Source of the DNA: a virus
Taxonomy: Duplodnaviria > Caudoviricetes
Reading direction: 5' to 3' (one strand)
IMG/VR virus record: IMGVR_UViG_3300010052_000006
Location: 1 to 43,985 of that record
Length of the DNA: 43,985 nt
The notes below the pieces were generated by a model. It saw only the letters and a program-made list of their open reading frames with translations, ran no database searches and was not told the DNA's origin. Both the position numbers and the translations under genes were made by a program. This document shows positions 1 to 8,408 of the stretch, piece by piece. Position 1 is the first letter of the stretch, and each line of letters starts with the position of its first letter.

Positions 1-49
1 TACGGATTTTCGTGATGGGTGGCCCAACTGGCCCATTGGGGAAGTAGAC

Positions 50-99
50 TGGTCGGAGCGACAGGATTCGAACCTGCGACCCCTACCCCCCCAGAGTAG
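50..99. repeat. Left att core: duplicated 3' part of tRNA-Pro
   Basis: TGGTCGGAGCGACAGGATTCGAACCTGCGACCCCTACCCCCCCAGAGTAG, identical to 43636-43685. Confidence 0.97.
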
Positions 100-175
100 G
101 GGGAATGGAAAAGACAAGCAATATCAAAGACGAACGTCCGCAAAGGTATTCGGAACGTTCCGTATCCGTTGCTGC

Positions 176-200
176 CAATCTGTGGCGAAGCTGTGGCGCA
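176..200 (+). promoter_or_regulatory. Probable integrase arm-type binding sites
   Basis: Tandem CTGTGGC at 180 and 191; the same tandem pair recurs at 43590 and 43602, on the other side of the core in reconstituted attP. Confidence 0.65.
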
Positions 201-249
201 TATATAAAGTGGCGCCATCCCAAGCCCCCTCCCTGGGGAGGCTGTGAGC

Positions 250-2091
250 ATGGGGCTGCGGAAAATCCTCGTCGCTGATCTCCTCTGCGGCGCCGGCGGC
301 TCGTCCACCGGCTGCGCACGTGCCCTGACCGAGCTCGGCCTGCAAATGGAACTGGTCTGCGTCAACCACTGGGGCGTGGCGATCGAGACCCACAAGAAGA
401 ACCACCCCGAGGCCCGGCACTATTGTCAGGACATCGCGTCGGTTCGGCCGCACATCATCGTGCCCGAGGGCTATCTCGATCTCCTCATGGCCTCGCCGAC
501 CTGCACCCACCATTCAGTGGCGCGCGGCGGCAAGCCGACGAGCGATCAGCAGCGTTCGGACCCCTGGCATATCGTGACCTGGCTGACCGAGCTTCGGGTC
601 AAGCGCCTCATCATTGAAAACGTCTGGGAGTTCATCGGCTGGGGGCCGGTCGATCCCCGCACCGGCAAGCCGATCAAGAGCCGCAAGGGCGAATACTTCA
701 AAGCCTGGATCGATACGATCCGGCGCCTGGGCTTCGAGCCGGAATGGCGGAAGCTGAACGCCGCCGACTTCGGCGACGCCACGACGCGCCAGCGCTTCAT
801 CCTGATGGCGCGCAGCGACAGCCGGACCGTTCATTGGCCGACACCGACGCACCGGAAGCGCGAAGACGGCAGGCTTGAGCTGTTCCCGGGCATCAAGCCA
901 TGGAAACCGGCCCGCGACATCATCGACTGGGACATCAAAGGCAAGTCGATCTTCAACCGCAAGAAGCCCTTGGCGCCGAAGACCCTGGCCCGCATCCATG
1001 CCGGCGCCCTGAAATTCGGATGGCCCGAGCCGTTCCTCGTCATCCTCCGGAACCACATGGCGGGCCAGAGCGTCGACCAGCCCATTCCGACCATTGCCGC
1101 CAACGGGACGCATATAGGCTTGGCCGAGCCTGTCATCATGAACGGGCGGAAGGGGAACAAGGCGAAGGGGGTCCGTTCCGAGCCCATCCCGACTTTGGAT
1201 ACGAAGGGGGGTGTTTGGCTTGCCGAGCCCTTCATCCTGAACCGCCACGGCGAAGGTTATGGCGAGACGCGCGCGCATTCGGTCGATGCGCCGACGCCAG
1301 CCGCGGGTTGTCGAGGCGCCGGGTACATTATAGAGCCGTTCATCGCCACGGTTGCCCACGGCAACGAGGATGGCGATCGTACCGCCGATAGCCGCCGCAG
1401 CCATAGCCTCGACGATCCGCTCGGCGCGATGCACGCAGGCGGGAACAAATTCGCTGTTATCGAGCCGTTCGTGCTCTCGCGCCAAGGCGGCGGCGCGCCT
1501 CGGTCGACCAAGGAGCCAACGCCTGCGCAGGTGGCGAAACATTCGCACCTTCTGATTTCACCCTATTACGGCAGCGGCTCTGGCGAGACATGCTCAAGCG
1601 GCGAGCAGCCGCTGCCCAGCCCGACGACAAAAGGCCGCTTCGGGATGATCGTTCCTGTCACCCATACCCAGGGGGGCAATGCTGCGCGTGATGTCGATGT
1701 AGACGGCTTGCCGACGATCACCACAGCGAAGGGTGGCGAGCTCGCATTCATCACCGCACAGTTCGGCGAGCGTCCGGGGCAAGCACCGCGCGTGCATGAC
1801 ATTGAATTGCCAGCCCCCACGCCGACGGCGACCGGCCACATCGATCTCGTCGAGGCGACGGCGGAATATGACATTCTGTTCCGGATGCTAGAGCCGCACG
1901 AGCTGGCGGCCGCTATGGGCTTCAATAGTGAAGAAGCCTCATACGAATTCGCCGGCACGAAGACTGAGCAAATCAAGCAGATCGGCAACGCGGTGAGCGT
2001 CGCGAAGATGAAAGCCTGCGTCTCGGCGATCATGGCCGACGCGGCGCCGAAGAAGGTCGCGCAAGACGACCAGAAAGCGAGGGCAGCATGA
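250..2091 (+). CDS. DNA (cytosine-5) methyltransferase with a long repetitive variable region
   Basis: Motif I DLLCGAGG, motif IV SPTC, motif VI ENV, motif VIII TTRQR, motif X QIGNAV; GGAGG favours ATG at 250 over GTG at 244. Confidence 0.93.
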   Translation: MGLRKILVADLLCGAGGSSTGCARALTELGLQMELVCVNHWGVAIETHKKNHPEARHYCQDIASVRPHIIVPEGYLDLLMASPTCTHHSVARGGKPTSDQQRSDPWHIVTWLTELRVKRLIIENVWEFIGWGPVDPRTGKPIKSRKGEYFKAWIDTIRRLGFEPEWRKLNAADFGDATTRQRFILMARSDSRTVHWPTPTHRKREDGRLELFPGIKPWKPARDIIDWDIKGKSIFNRKKPLAPKTLARIHAGALKFGWPEPFLVILRNHMAGQSVDQPIPTIAANGTHIGLAEPVIMNGRKGNKAKGVRSEPIPTLDTKGGVWLAEPFILNRHGEGYGETRAHSVDAPTPAAGCRGAGYIIEPFIATVAHGNEDGDRTADSRRSHSLDDPLGAMHAGGNKFAVIEPFVLSRQGGGAPRSTKEPTPAQVAKHSHLLISPYYGSGSGETCSSGEQPLPSPTTKGRFGMIVPVTHTQGGNAARDVDVDGLPTITTAKGGELAFITAQFGERPGQAPRVHDIELPAPTPTATGHIDLVEATAEYDILFRMLEPHELAAAMGFNSEEASYEFAGTKTEQIKQIGNAVSVAKMKACVSAIMADAAPKKVAQDDQKARAA

Positions 2092-2549
2092 CCCCTCCGA
2101 CCAGCGGGCCTATCCTCATGAGCGGGGCTATGGTCAGGGCGACGCTGGCGCCGATCACGGTCAAGGCCGCGTTGAAGCAGGTGAAGGCATGGCACCGCCA
2201 CCTTCCCGACCTTCAGGGTGGTCTCTTTGCCGTTCAGGTCGTGGATGAGGCGGCGCGCTGTATCGGCGTGGGTGTCGTCGGCAACCCAGCACGGGCATGG
2301 CAGGGAACGGCTCGGGCCATCATTTCTCGCGTGGCGACCGAGGGGCATGAGAACGCCTGTTCCCAAATCTATGGTGCGCTCGCCCGAGCTGCCAAGGCGC
2401 TCGGCTATTCCGAGGTCTGGACCTACACGCTGCCTGGCGAGCCCGGCACGTCCTTGCGTGCAAGAAATCTCACTACCTGCTGGTCAAAGTCACCTTTGAT
2501 CGGAAGATCAGCCGAGGCGACGCGATCAAGCAGGCCCGCGAGAACCTGA
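2088..2549 (+). pseudogene. Chimeric or truncated XF1762-like (GNAT-related) phage protein
   Basis: Core WHRH..GVGVVGNPAR..NACSQIYGA..ALGY..TYTL..GTSLRA resembles the XF1762 family; both termini look foreign. Confidence 0.55.
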
Positions 2550-2645
2550 AGGGCGAAGAAACCAAATGCTTCTATCGCAACAGGAAGTGGCCGCACAATG
2601 ACATTGAGGCACGGTCAAGGTTTCCGCCGTCTCATCGGTGTTCGT

Positions 2646-2882
2646 ATGACCGACCTTCTCACCCGTCTCGAATCTCGCGAAATCGAGGCGATCAAACACG
2701 CGCTCGGCTGGCCGAAAAACTACCGCAATTATTTCTGCGCTGACGATAAGGACGTGCCAACGTGGGAAGGCCTTGTGGCGAAAGGCCTCGCGTTCGAGCG
2801 ACCCAACCGCCTCTCTCCAGATCGCCTCTTTCACGTCACCTCTGCCGGCAAGCGCGCCCTGGATCAGGAGCCCCAGACATGA
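2646..2882 (+). CDS. Phage hypothetical protein (winged-helix-like C-terminus)
   Basis: HALG..YRNYFCA..LVAKGLA..FHVTSAGK; ATGA overlap with the next gene. Confidence 0.65.
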   Translation: MTDLLTRLESREIEAIKHALGWPKNYRNYFCADDKDVPTWEGLVAKGLAFERPNRLSPDRLFHVTSAGKRALDQEPQT

Positions 2883-3181
2883 AAGCAGAAGTGATAAGGG
2901 AAATTGCGGAACGGCAGAGCGCCAAGCCGGATGAGTTTCGCGACTCCGCCGATCTCGCCATGAGCATGACGACAGCGGTCAGCGTTTTTGAGCAGGCCGG
3001 CTTCGCAGTCGTGAAGACAGAAGAACTGGAAGCGGCGCTGAAGCCGTTTGCGAAAGAAGCTGATGCCTGGGAGGAGATGGGCGACACTCGGCCCGTCATC
3101 GGTGACGACAGCCCCGTAACCGTTGCCGACCTCCGCCGCGCCGCCGCCCTTCTCGCCGCGCTCACCCAGGAGAAGACATGA
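2879..3181 (+). CDS. Phage hypothetical protein
   Basis: AGGAG then ATG at 2879, coupled to both neighbours. Confidence 0.6.
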   Translation: MKAEVIREIAERQSAKPDEFRDSADLAMSMTTAVSVFEQAGFAVVKTEELEAALKPFAKEADAWEEMGDTRPVIGDDSPVTVADLRRAAALLAALTQEKT

Positions 3182-3348
3182 GAACCGAAGCTGAAATCAT
3201 GGATGACCTGAGGTGGGTCGGTGAGCGTCTGCACGACAGCCAGGAGCATGCGCAGATTGTCCGCCTCGAAGAAAAACAGGAGCGGCTTTGGAAAGAACTT
3301 GCCGCGGTCAAAGAAGCTGCCGCGCTCACCCAGGAGGGACGGGGATGA
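3178..3348 (+). CDS. 56-aa helical hypothetical protein (absent from ORF track)
   Basis: MRTEAEIMDDLRWVGERL...AAALTQEGRG; SD and ATGA overlaps at both ends. Confidence 0.65.
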   Translation: MRTEAEIMDDLRWVGERLHDSQEHAQIVRLEEKQERLWKELAAVKEAAALTQEGRG

Positions 3349-3530
3349 CTGCTGCCGAAATGGTGAAGGACGGCAGGTTATTGAGGCGTGGCTACCTCGC
3401 CTTCGACCCGACTAGCCGCGCATGGGTGTTCGGATGGACCCGCGAATATTTCGACGTCTACGGGTGGGAGACCGTCCCGCTCTACAGCGTTCATGAGCCC
3501 ATAGCCAGGGAGACCCCACATGACCCATAA
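3345..3530 (+). CDS. Phage hypothetical protein
   Basis: GGAGG SD, ATG overlapping the upstream stop. Confidence 0.55.
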   Translation: MTAAEMVKDGRLLRRGYLAFDPTSRAWVFGWTREYFDVYGWETVPLYSVHEPIARETPHDP

Positions 3531-4320
3531 CCCCGCTGAGGCGCTGCGAGAATTGCTCGATACGCTGAAAATCCACAAGGCAAACTTTTACGGCGGCATG
3601 TGGACTGAGCGGCAACGCAAAGATCTGATGGAAGCCATTCATCACGGCAACGAAGCGCTTCTCGCCCTCACTTCCCCCGCCCCTGCGTCTGCCGGTCCCG
3701 TTCTGCTCGACGAGGCCAGAGCCCACCTCGCCCAAAGCGATGAGGTGATCTCGGTAATGCCTAACACCACGCGGGCGATTATTGAGGGGCTGCTGGCAGC
3801 GGTGTCGGCGCCGGCGCCGAACGAGTCCACGCTCATCACCATCATCGCAGACATTCGCGAGAAATCCGGCGTCGGCTCAAAGCCCATGCTGTCGGAGCTG
3901 GCTGATGCGATTGCGGAGAGGATCAAGCCTCGCCCCTCCCCGGATGTGGCGGGAGTGAAGCTTGCCGACAGGGTCGATCTGACTGGCGGCGTGCGACCTG
4001 CCCATGTCCTGGAGAGTCTGACAGAGTCGGTCAATCAGGCGTGGGCAATCATCGGCGACAACGCACGTTGCAGTGTCCCGGCGACGTTCATTGGCTGGCT
4101 TCTCCAAGAATACGAATCCCTCTCCGCAGAGAAGGGGAGGCTGGTGGAGGCGCTGACGCCGAGCGCTGAGACGAAGGCCGCGTATATCGGCGAATTCACA
4201 TTCTCACTCAATGCAGGCCTGGACGAGTTCGGCGACGACCACATCATCAAGAATGTGCAGGTCCCCTGGACCACGATCAAGGAAATCATGGCGGCGATCC
4301 GCGCCCGTAATGAAAGGTGA
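3520..4320 (+). CDS. Mosaic phage accessory protein
   Basis: 266-aa ORF with SD; short helical modules joined by Pro/Ala linkers. Confidence 0.65.
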   Translation: MTHNPAEALRELLDTLKIHKANFYGGMWTERQRKDLMEAIHHGNEALLALTSPAPASAGPVLLDEARAHLAQSDEVISVMPNTTRAIIEGLLAAVSAPAPNESTLITIIADIREKSGVGSKPMLSELADAIAERIKPRPSPDVAGVKLADRVDLTGGVRPAHVLESLTESVNQAWAIIGDNARCSVPATFIGWLLQEYESLSAEKGRLVEALTPSAETKAAYIGEFTFSLNAGLDEFGDDHIIKNVQVPWTTIKEIMAAIRARNER

Positions 4321-4489
4321 CTTACGCTGCATCGAAGGCCGTTTGTTCCGGCATGACCCGCAATGGGATGACCCGGACCTTGAAACTGACATTGGTCAGT
4401 GCCCGGACTGCTCTGGTGACGGTTGCGACGACGAGCCGGTATCGAAGCCGGGACGTTCCGATCTTTGGCTGAAGGGTCGCCGCCCATGA
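4310..4489 (+). CDS. Small Cys-containing protein (CPDCSGDGC)
   Basis: 59 aa, coupled to both neighbours. Confidence 0.5.
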   Translation: MKGDLRCIEGRLFRHDPQWDDPDLETDIGQCPDCSGDGCDDEPVSKPGRSDLWLKGRRP

Positions 4490-4812
4490 CATCCCCCAGA
4501 GAGCAGGCTATCGAGGCTGTTGCGGGCCGCCACTATGGAACGCCGGCCAGCGTCCGCGCCATTATTGACGACTACGAGAGAACCCGCGCTCGCATCGACG
4601 GCGCGAAGATGATGCCGAGAGAGGCGACGGCTCTGCCCCTTGAGGTTGCCCGTCACGGAGAGAGGGTCGAACGCTTGGGGCAAGTCATCCGTGAGCTATG
4701 CAAATGGGCCACCGCCAGCCGAAACGACTGGTTGATAAGCGAGGCCATCGCAGAACTGAAGCTTTGGTATCGCCATCTTGATGATACGAGAAAAATGGGT
4801 CTGGACCCATGA
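4486..4812 (+). CDS. Phage hypothetical protein
   Basis: ATGA coupling with the upstream ORF. Confidence 0.5.
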   Translation: MTSPREQAIEAVAGRHYGTPASVRAIIDDYERTRARIDGAKMMPREATALPLEVARHGERVERLGQVIRELCKWATASRNDWLISEAIAELKLWYRHLDDTRKMGLDP

Positions 4813-4954
4813 CCATGTTCAATCCCGGTGCGATTTGCAGAGCCTATGAGACCTTGGAGCCGAAGCGCAAGGCGACTTGGCGAGGCCGAACAGGGAGCGA
4901 AACTCTCCCGACCGGGGCCAGCTCTCCCCCCGCCACCCCGAAGGAGAAGGACTG

Positions 4955-5176
4955 ATGAGCGAGAAGGCCACGCATTCTGCTGAATACAAACAGACCGTTG
5001 AGGCGCTGAGCCGCATGACCGACGATGAGGTCAACAAGGCGTATGCCGAGGCTCAGAAGCGTCGCGCAGAGGCCGCGTACACGACCGGGCACTGCCAACA
5101 CAATAAGCAGCCCGGAGGCTGCCAGCTTCACAATTTGCAATGCGGGTGGCCCGGGTGTGACCCCCGCCCCGCCTGA
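4955..5176 (+). CDS. Small protein with Cys/His-rich C-terminus
   Basis: AAGGA SD; CQHNK..GC.LHNL.CGWPGC. Confidence 0.55.
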   Translation: MSEKATHSAEYKQTVEALSRMTDDEVNKAYAEAQKRRAEAAYTTGHCQHNKQPGGCQLHNLQCGWPGCDPRPA

Positions 5177-5211
5177 ACTGTCTTGATTGGAGGAGAGGAT
5201 GAAGCCGAGCC

Positions 5212-5496
5212 ATGATAACGAGCTATGAAGCCCTTGTCTTGACCACGGCTCTCGAAAGGTCCGTGAGGGGCAAGAGACATGGGTCCGCCAAATTCCGGTG
5301 GGTGACCGTTCCAGAGATTTCCCAGCCAACGCTTTCGGACCTTGCGCGAAAGGGCTTGCTGCGCCAGATGGACGATTGTCCGGAGATCGTGCAGATCACG
5401 CAGCGCGGTTATGATGAGGTTTGGGATCATGTGCTGAGGACCCGCCACTTTCCCAATCGCGCTGAAGCGGCATCGAAGGCGGGCACCCGCCCCTAG
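5212..5496 (+). CDS. Hypothetical protein, possible winged helix
   Basis: LSDLARKGLL..VQITQRG pattern; last + strand ORF before the convergent terminator. Confidence 0.5.
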   Translation: MITSYEALVLTTALERSVRGKRHGSAKFRWVTVPEISQPTLSDLARKGLLRQMDDCPEIVQITQRGYDEVWDHVLRTRHFPNRAEAASKAGTRP

Positions 5497-5546
5497 CCCT
5501 CTCCCCACCTCCAGTGGCAGGATGGGGAATGAAGACGTCGAAGCGC

Positions 5547-5587
5547 AAAAAGTAAGGCCCGCTCCCTGGTTTCCCAAGGAGCGGGCC
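5547..5587 (-). terminator. Intrinsic terminator closing the late/lysis operon
   Basis: GGCCCGCTCC/GGAGCGGGCC stem followed on the minus strand by TTACTTTTT. Confidence 0.75.
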
Positions 5588-5713
5588 GGAGGAATCCTAC
5601 TGGCCAGACTGGCTGGCGGTCAGATTCGGGATGTCAGGAGATCAGCCAGACAAGGCCGCCTCCGATGAGGACGCCAAGGCAAGCAAGGCTCTTGAGTCGG
5701 GTAACATGTCATC

Positions 5714-5753
5714 TTCCTCCGTCAGGCTCGGAAACCGGCGATGGCCGGGATTA
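5714..5753 (-). repeat. 40-bp intergenic SD-containing repeat, copy 1
   Basis: TAATCCCGGCCATCGCCGGTTTCCGAGCCTGACGGAGGAA, identical to 6092-6131. Confidence 0.9.
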
Positions 5754-5855
5754 TCGCATCGGGGCGACGGGGCCGAATATCAGGAGGCACGCAATCACCG
5801 TAATGATTGGGAAGACAATGGCGCCCGTCAGGAAGCCGGCAATGAACATGAGCAT
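5751..5855 (-). CDS. 34-aa single-TM peptide (absent from ORF track)
   Basis: MLMFIAGFLTGAIVFPIITVIACLLIFGPVAPMR preceded by GGAG. Confidence 0.6.
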   Translation of the reverse strand: MLMFIAGFLTGAIVFPIITVIACLLIFGPVAPMR

Positions 5856-5879
5856 GCTATCTCTCCATGCTGGTTGGGG

Positions 5880-6089
5880 TTATCGCTTGGCCCTCACATC
5901 CCGATAGAACTTGTTCCAGTCACGCCGCTTGCCCTCGCAGGTCTTGAGGGCGCTCCGGGTGGCGAATAAGGCCTGGACGGCGTCCTGGCCCACGGTGACG
6001 ACCGGCCGATCGCATCTGATCTGGAGGCGAGCAGGCGGACACTGCTTCGCAAGCTCGTCGTGATTTGGTCCAAGGCGAATATTGTTCAT
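5880..6089 (-). CDS. Chimeric ORF carrying a second copy of the o-spanin C-terminal half, without a signal peptide
   Basis: 5926-6000 identical to 6328-6402; GGAGG SD supplied by the 40-bp repeat. Confidence 0.6.
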   Translation of the reverse strand: MNNIRLGPNHDELAKQCPPARLQIRCDRPVVTVGQDAVQALFATRSALKTCEGKRRDWNKFYRDVRAKR

Positions 6090-6091
6090 GA

Positions 6092-6131
6092 TTCCTCCGT
6101 CAGGCTCGGAAACCGGCGATGGCCGGGATTA
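6092..6131 (-). repeat. 40-bp intergenic SD-containing repeat, copy 2
   Basis: Identical to 5714-5753. Confidence 0.9.
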
Positions 6132-6138
6132 CTTGCGG

Positions 6139-6285
6139 CTAGGGCTGCAGACCCTTTTCGATCTCGGCAACCATCTCCTTGATAATGCGCTGCTGATAAG
6201 CCTCGGCTGCCGTCTGCGGGATGAAGCCATCTGAGCCGGCGTAGACCTCGTAGGCGCGCCGCAGGGCCTCGCGTGGATCGCTCAT
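6139..6285 (-). CDS. 48-aa hypothetical protein (MSDPREALRR...)
   Basis: ATGA overlap with the o-spanin stop. Confidence 0.55.
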   Translation of the reverse strand: MSDPREALRRAYEVYAGSDGFIPQTAAEAYQQRIIKEMVAEIEKGLQP

Positions 6286-6548
6286 CTCTTCTCCCTCACG
6301 ACCTTGTAGAAGCGCTGCCAGCCGGCGCGCTTGCCCTCGCAGGTCTTGAGGGCGCTCCGGGTGGCGAATAAGGCCTGGACGGCGTCCTGGCCCACGGTGA
6401 CGGCCGGCCGATCGCATTTGACCTGCAAGCGAGCTGGCGGATCAGGCAAAGGCACCTTTGGCCCGTCAGGGCGCGCCGTCGATCCGGCGCACGCCGTCAA
6501 CATGCTCAGGAGTAAGAGCACAGGAAGGCGGAGCTTTCCGCAGTTCAT
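6282..6548 (-). CDS. o-spanin (Rz1-like lipoprotein)
   Basis: Basic-hydrophobic leader with lipobox LTAC, Pro-rich mature region, overlaps the i-spanin 3' end. Confidence 0.8.
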   Translation of the reverse strand: MNCGKLRLPVLLLLSMLTACAGSTARPDGPKVPLPDPPARLQVKCDRPAVTVGQDAVQALFATRSALKTCEGKRAGWQRFYKVVREKR

Positions 6549-6828
6549 CGAGCAGTTCCTTCTGTTTTTCGGCTTCAGCTTCAGCGCGGGCGGCATCGGC
6601 TTCAGCCTGTCGGCGGATTTCGTCATTGGCTTCGAGCTTGGCCTGAATGTCAGCAATGGTGGCTTCGAGGTTCTTTGCCTTCCACATGGCGTCCGCCGCG
6701 TCATAGCCAGCGTCATAAACGCGCCATGTCCATAGGCCGAAGGCGATGACGGCGCCGACAATGAGCCAAGTCTGAAGGCTGAGGCCGCCCAAGAATTGCT
6801 TGGCGGCGAGCCAGGCAACGCCGATCAT
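6466..6828 (-). CDS. i-spanin (Rz-like)
   Basis: N-terminal TM, long coiled coil, C-terminal Cys; directly follows the endolysin. Confidence 0.8.
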   Translation of the reverse strand: MIGVAWLAAKQFLGGLSLQTWLIVGAVIAFGLWTWRVYDAGYDAADAMWKAKNLEATIADIQAKLEANDEIRRQAEADAARAEAEAEKQKELLDELRKAPPSCALTPEHVDGVRRIDGAP

Positions 6829-7562
6829 CCGACTATCCTTTTCCAGAGCTTCTGGCGGTTCTCGTTGCCCATCCAGATCAGGGCGCCGAACACGATTGCC
6901 GTCACGGTCAGGCACATGATCAGGATGCCAAGCCAGTCAGCGCCCGACAGCAGGCCATAGCCGGAGACTGGAACGTTCGGCGTCAAGGCAGTTGCCCATT
7001 GGCCGGCAGTGGTCGAGCCAGCGCCCTCCTCATCGGTGCCGGCCATCTCCTCGGGATCGGCCTCGTCGCCGTCCTCGCGCTCGACCTTGATGGCCCTGAG
7101 CATTGATGCCGTAACGGGCTGCATGCGCCGCGCTGCTGGCAGGCCCAGGCCCGCCGCCCATTTGATGGCGTCGAAGCACGGGCAGGCCTTGGCGACCCCC
7201 GGGAAGTCCCTGTGGCCCAGGATCTTGGCCACCGGATATTTGCCGGTCAGGCGCATCAGAAGCGTCTGGAGCGAGGCCCATTGTTCCGCGGTAAAGTTGT
7301 TCTGAGGCCGCTGGCGCGCATCCGTGCCGCCGACCATGCAAATGCCGAGCGTATTGGCATTGCGGCCCTTCACATGGGAGCCGACGAGGTTCTCAGGCCG
7401 CCCGATCTCCACCTTGCCATCACGGCGGATGACGAAGTGATAGCCGATGTCGCTCCAGCCCTTGGCCTTGTGCCAGCCGCGGATCTCATTGGCGCCGATG
7501 TCGAGCGTCGGCGGCGTGGCGCTTGCGTGAATGACGAGATAGTCAGTCGAGCGGCGCTGCAT
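6825..7562 (-). CDS. Endolysin: T7-lysozyme-like N-acetylmuramoyl-L-alanine amidase with acidic linker and C-terminal TM helix
   Basis: VIHASAT, GWSDIGYHFVI, GHRD, KACPCFD Zn-amidase motifs. Confidence 0.92.
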   Translation of the reverse strand: MQRRSTDYLVIHASATPPTLDIGANEIRGWHKAKGWSDIGYHFVIRRDGKVEIGRPENLVGSHVKGRNANTLGICMVGGTDARQRPQNNFTAEQWASLQTLLMRLTGKYPVAKILGHRDFPGVAKACPCFDAIKWAAGLGLPAARRMQPVTASMLRAIKVEREDGDEADPEEMAGTDEEGAGSTTAGQWATALTPNVPVSGYGLLSGADWLGILIMCLTVTAIVFGALIWMGNENRQKLWKRIVG

Positions 7563-8374
7563 TATCGTTTCTCCGGCGGAATGCGGTCCTGCTTCTTTGT
7601 TTCGCCGCCGGCGAGATCAGCAAAGCCGCTCCTTCGCAGCAAGGCCTTCGTGGCCGAGATCGGCACGGCGAAGTTGATCCCCGCGCCGCGCATGCCAGCG
7701 TCCAGGGTGCCGACGAGCTCGCCCCGCTCATTGAGGACGGAGCCGCCAGAATTGCCGCCGATGCTCGCCGCGTCGATCTGGAACAGCTTGAGGAGCTTCC
7801 CGGAGATATTCAGGGTGCGCTCGACCGACGAGACAATGCCCTTGGTAATCGAGTTGTCGAGCACGACGCCCGGATTTCCGACGACATAGATTGTTTGTCC
7901 CCGCATGAGCACGTGACTTTCCGGGGCGAGCGGAGCTTCCATCGGCGCCTTGAAGTCGACATCGAGGATCTGGAGCAGCGCGACATCGTTGGATGCATCA
8001 TTGCCCACGATCTTCGCGACATAGTGCCGGGAGGCGATCACCTGATAGTCGCGGGTGACATTCTGCCAGACCTCCAGGTCGAGCTTCTTCTCGATCGTCT
8101 TCTTGGTCACCTCACCCGTCACAGGGTCCACGAATTCCTGCTGCTCGCGGGTGATCCGGTCGGTCACACAATGCGAGGCGGTGAGCACCAGGCGGTGCTG
8201 CTTGCTGATGATGGTTCCGGAACAGAAGCCATCACCACCGACCCCGACCACAACATTGGTCTGGTCGATCTGCTGGGCCATCTTGGTAAGGTCCCAGGAT
8301 TCCTGAGCGCGAGCGAAGGTGACAAGGAGGAGCAAGCCGAGCGCACACGCCCCGGCCATGAGCCAGTATTTCAT
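7562..8374 (-). CDS. Exported trypsin-like (S1/HtrA-type, no PDZ) serine protease
   Basis: Signal peptide ending ARA; triad motifs TASHC, NDVALL, GGNSGG. Confidence 0.9.
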   Translation of the reverse strand: MKYWLMAGACALGLLLLVTFARAQESWDLTKMAQQIDQTNVVVGVGGDGFCSGTIISKQHRLVLTASHCVTDRITREQQEFVDPVTGEVTKKTIEKKLDLEVWQNVTRDYQVIASRHYVAKIVGNDASNDVALLQILDVDFKAPMEAPLAPESHVLMRGQTIYVVGNPGVVLDNSITKGIVSSVERTLNISGKLLKLFQIDAASIGGNSGGSVLNERGELVGTLDAGMRGAGINFAVPISATKALLRRSGFADLAGGETKKQDRIPPEKR

Positions 8375-8408
8375 GTGAGTGTTCCTATGTTGGGGAGGTT
8401 GGACGCCT

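Noticed and set aside
50-99. Second tRNA-Pro gene
   Set aside because: Only the 3' 50 nt are present; the D-arm and 5' acceptor strand are missing, so this is the att duplication
250-2091. Restriction-modification system
   Set aside because: No cognate restriction endonuclease is recognisable beside either methyltransferase
5556-5587. Loop complementarity (TTCCCAA / TTGGGAA) with the hairpin at 36226-36259 as a kissing interaction
   Set aside because: A 7-nt match between terminator-like hairpins 30 kb apart is easily chance
5631-5712. Short ORF downstream of the left 40-bp repeat
   Set aside because: The SD-linked ATGs give unconvincing peptides and the hydrophobic frame lacks a start; probably a remnant
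5880-6441. Near-identical repeat pair as a DGR template/variable repeat
   Set aside because: Mismatches are not adenine-specific and no reverse transcriptase is present
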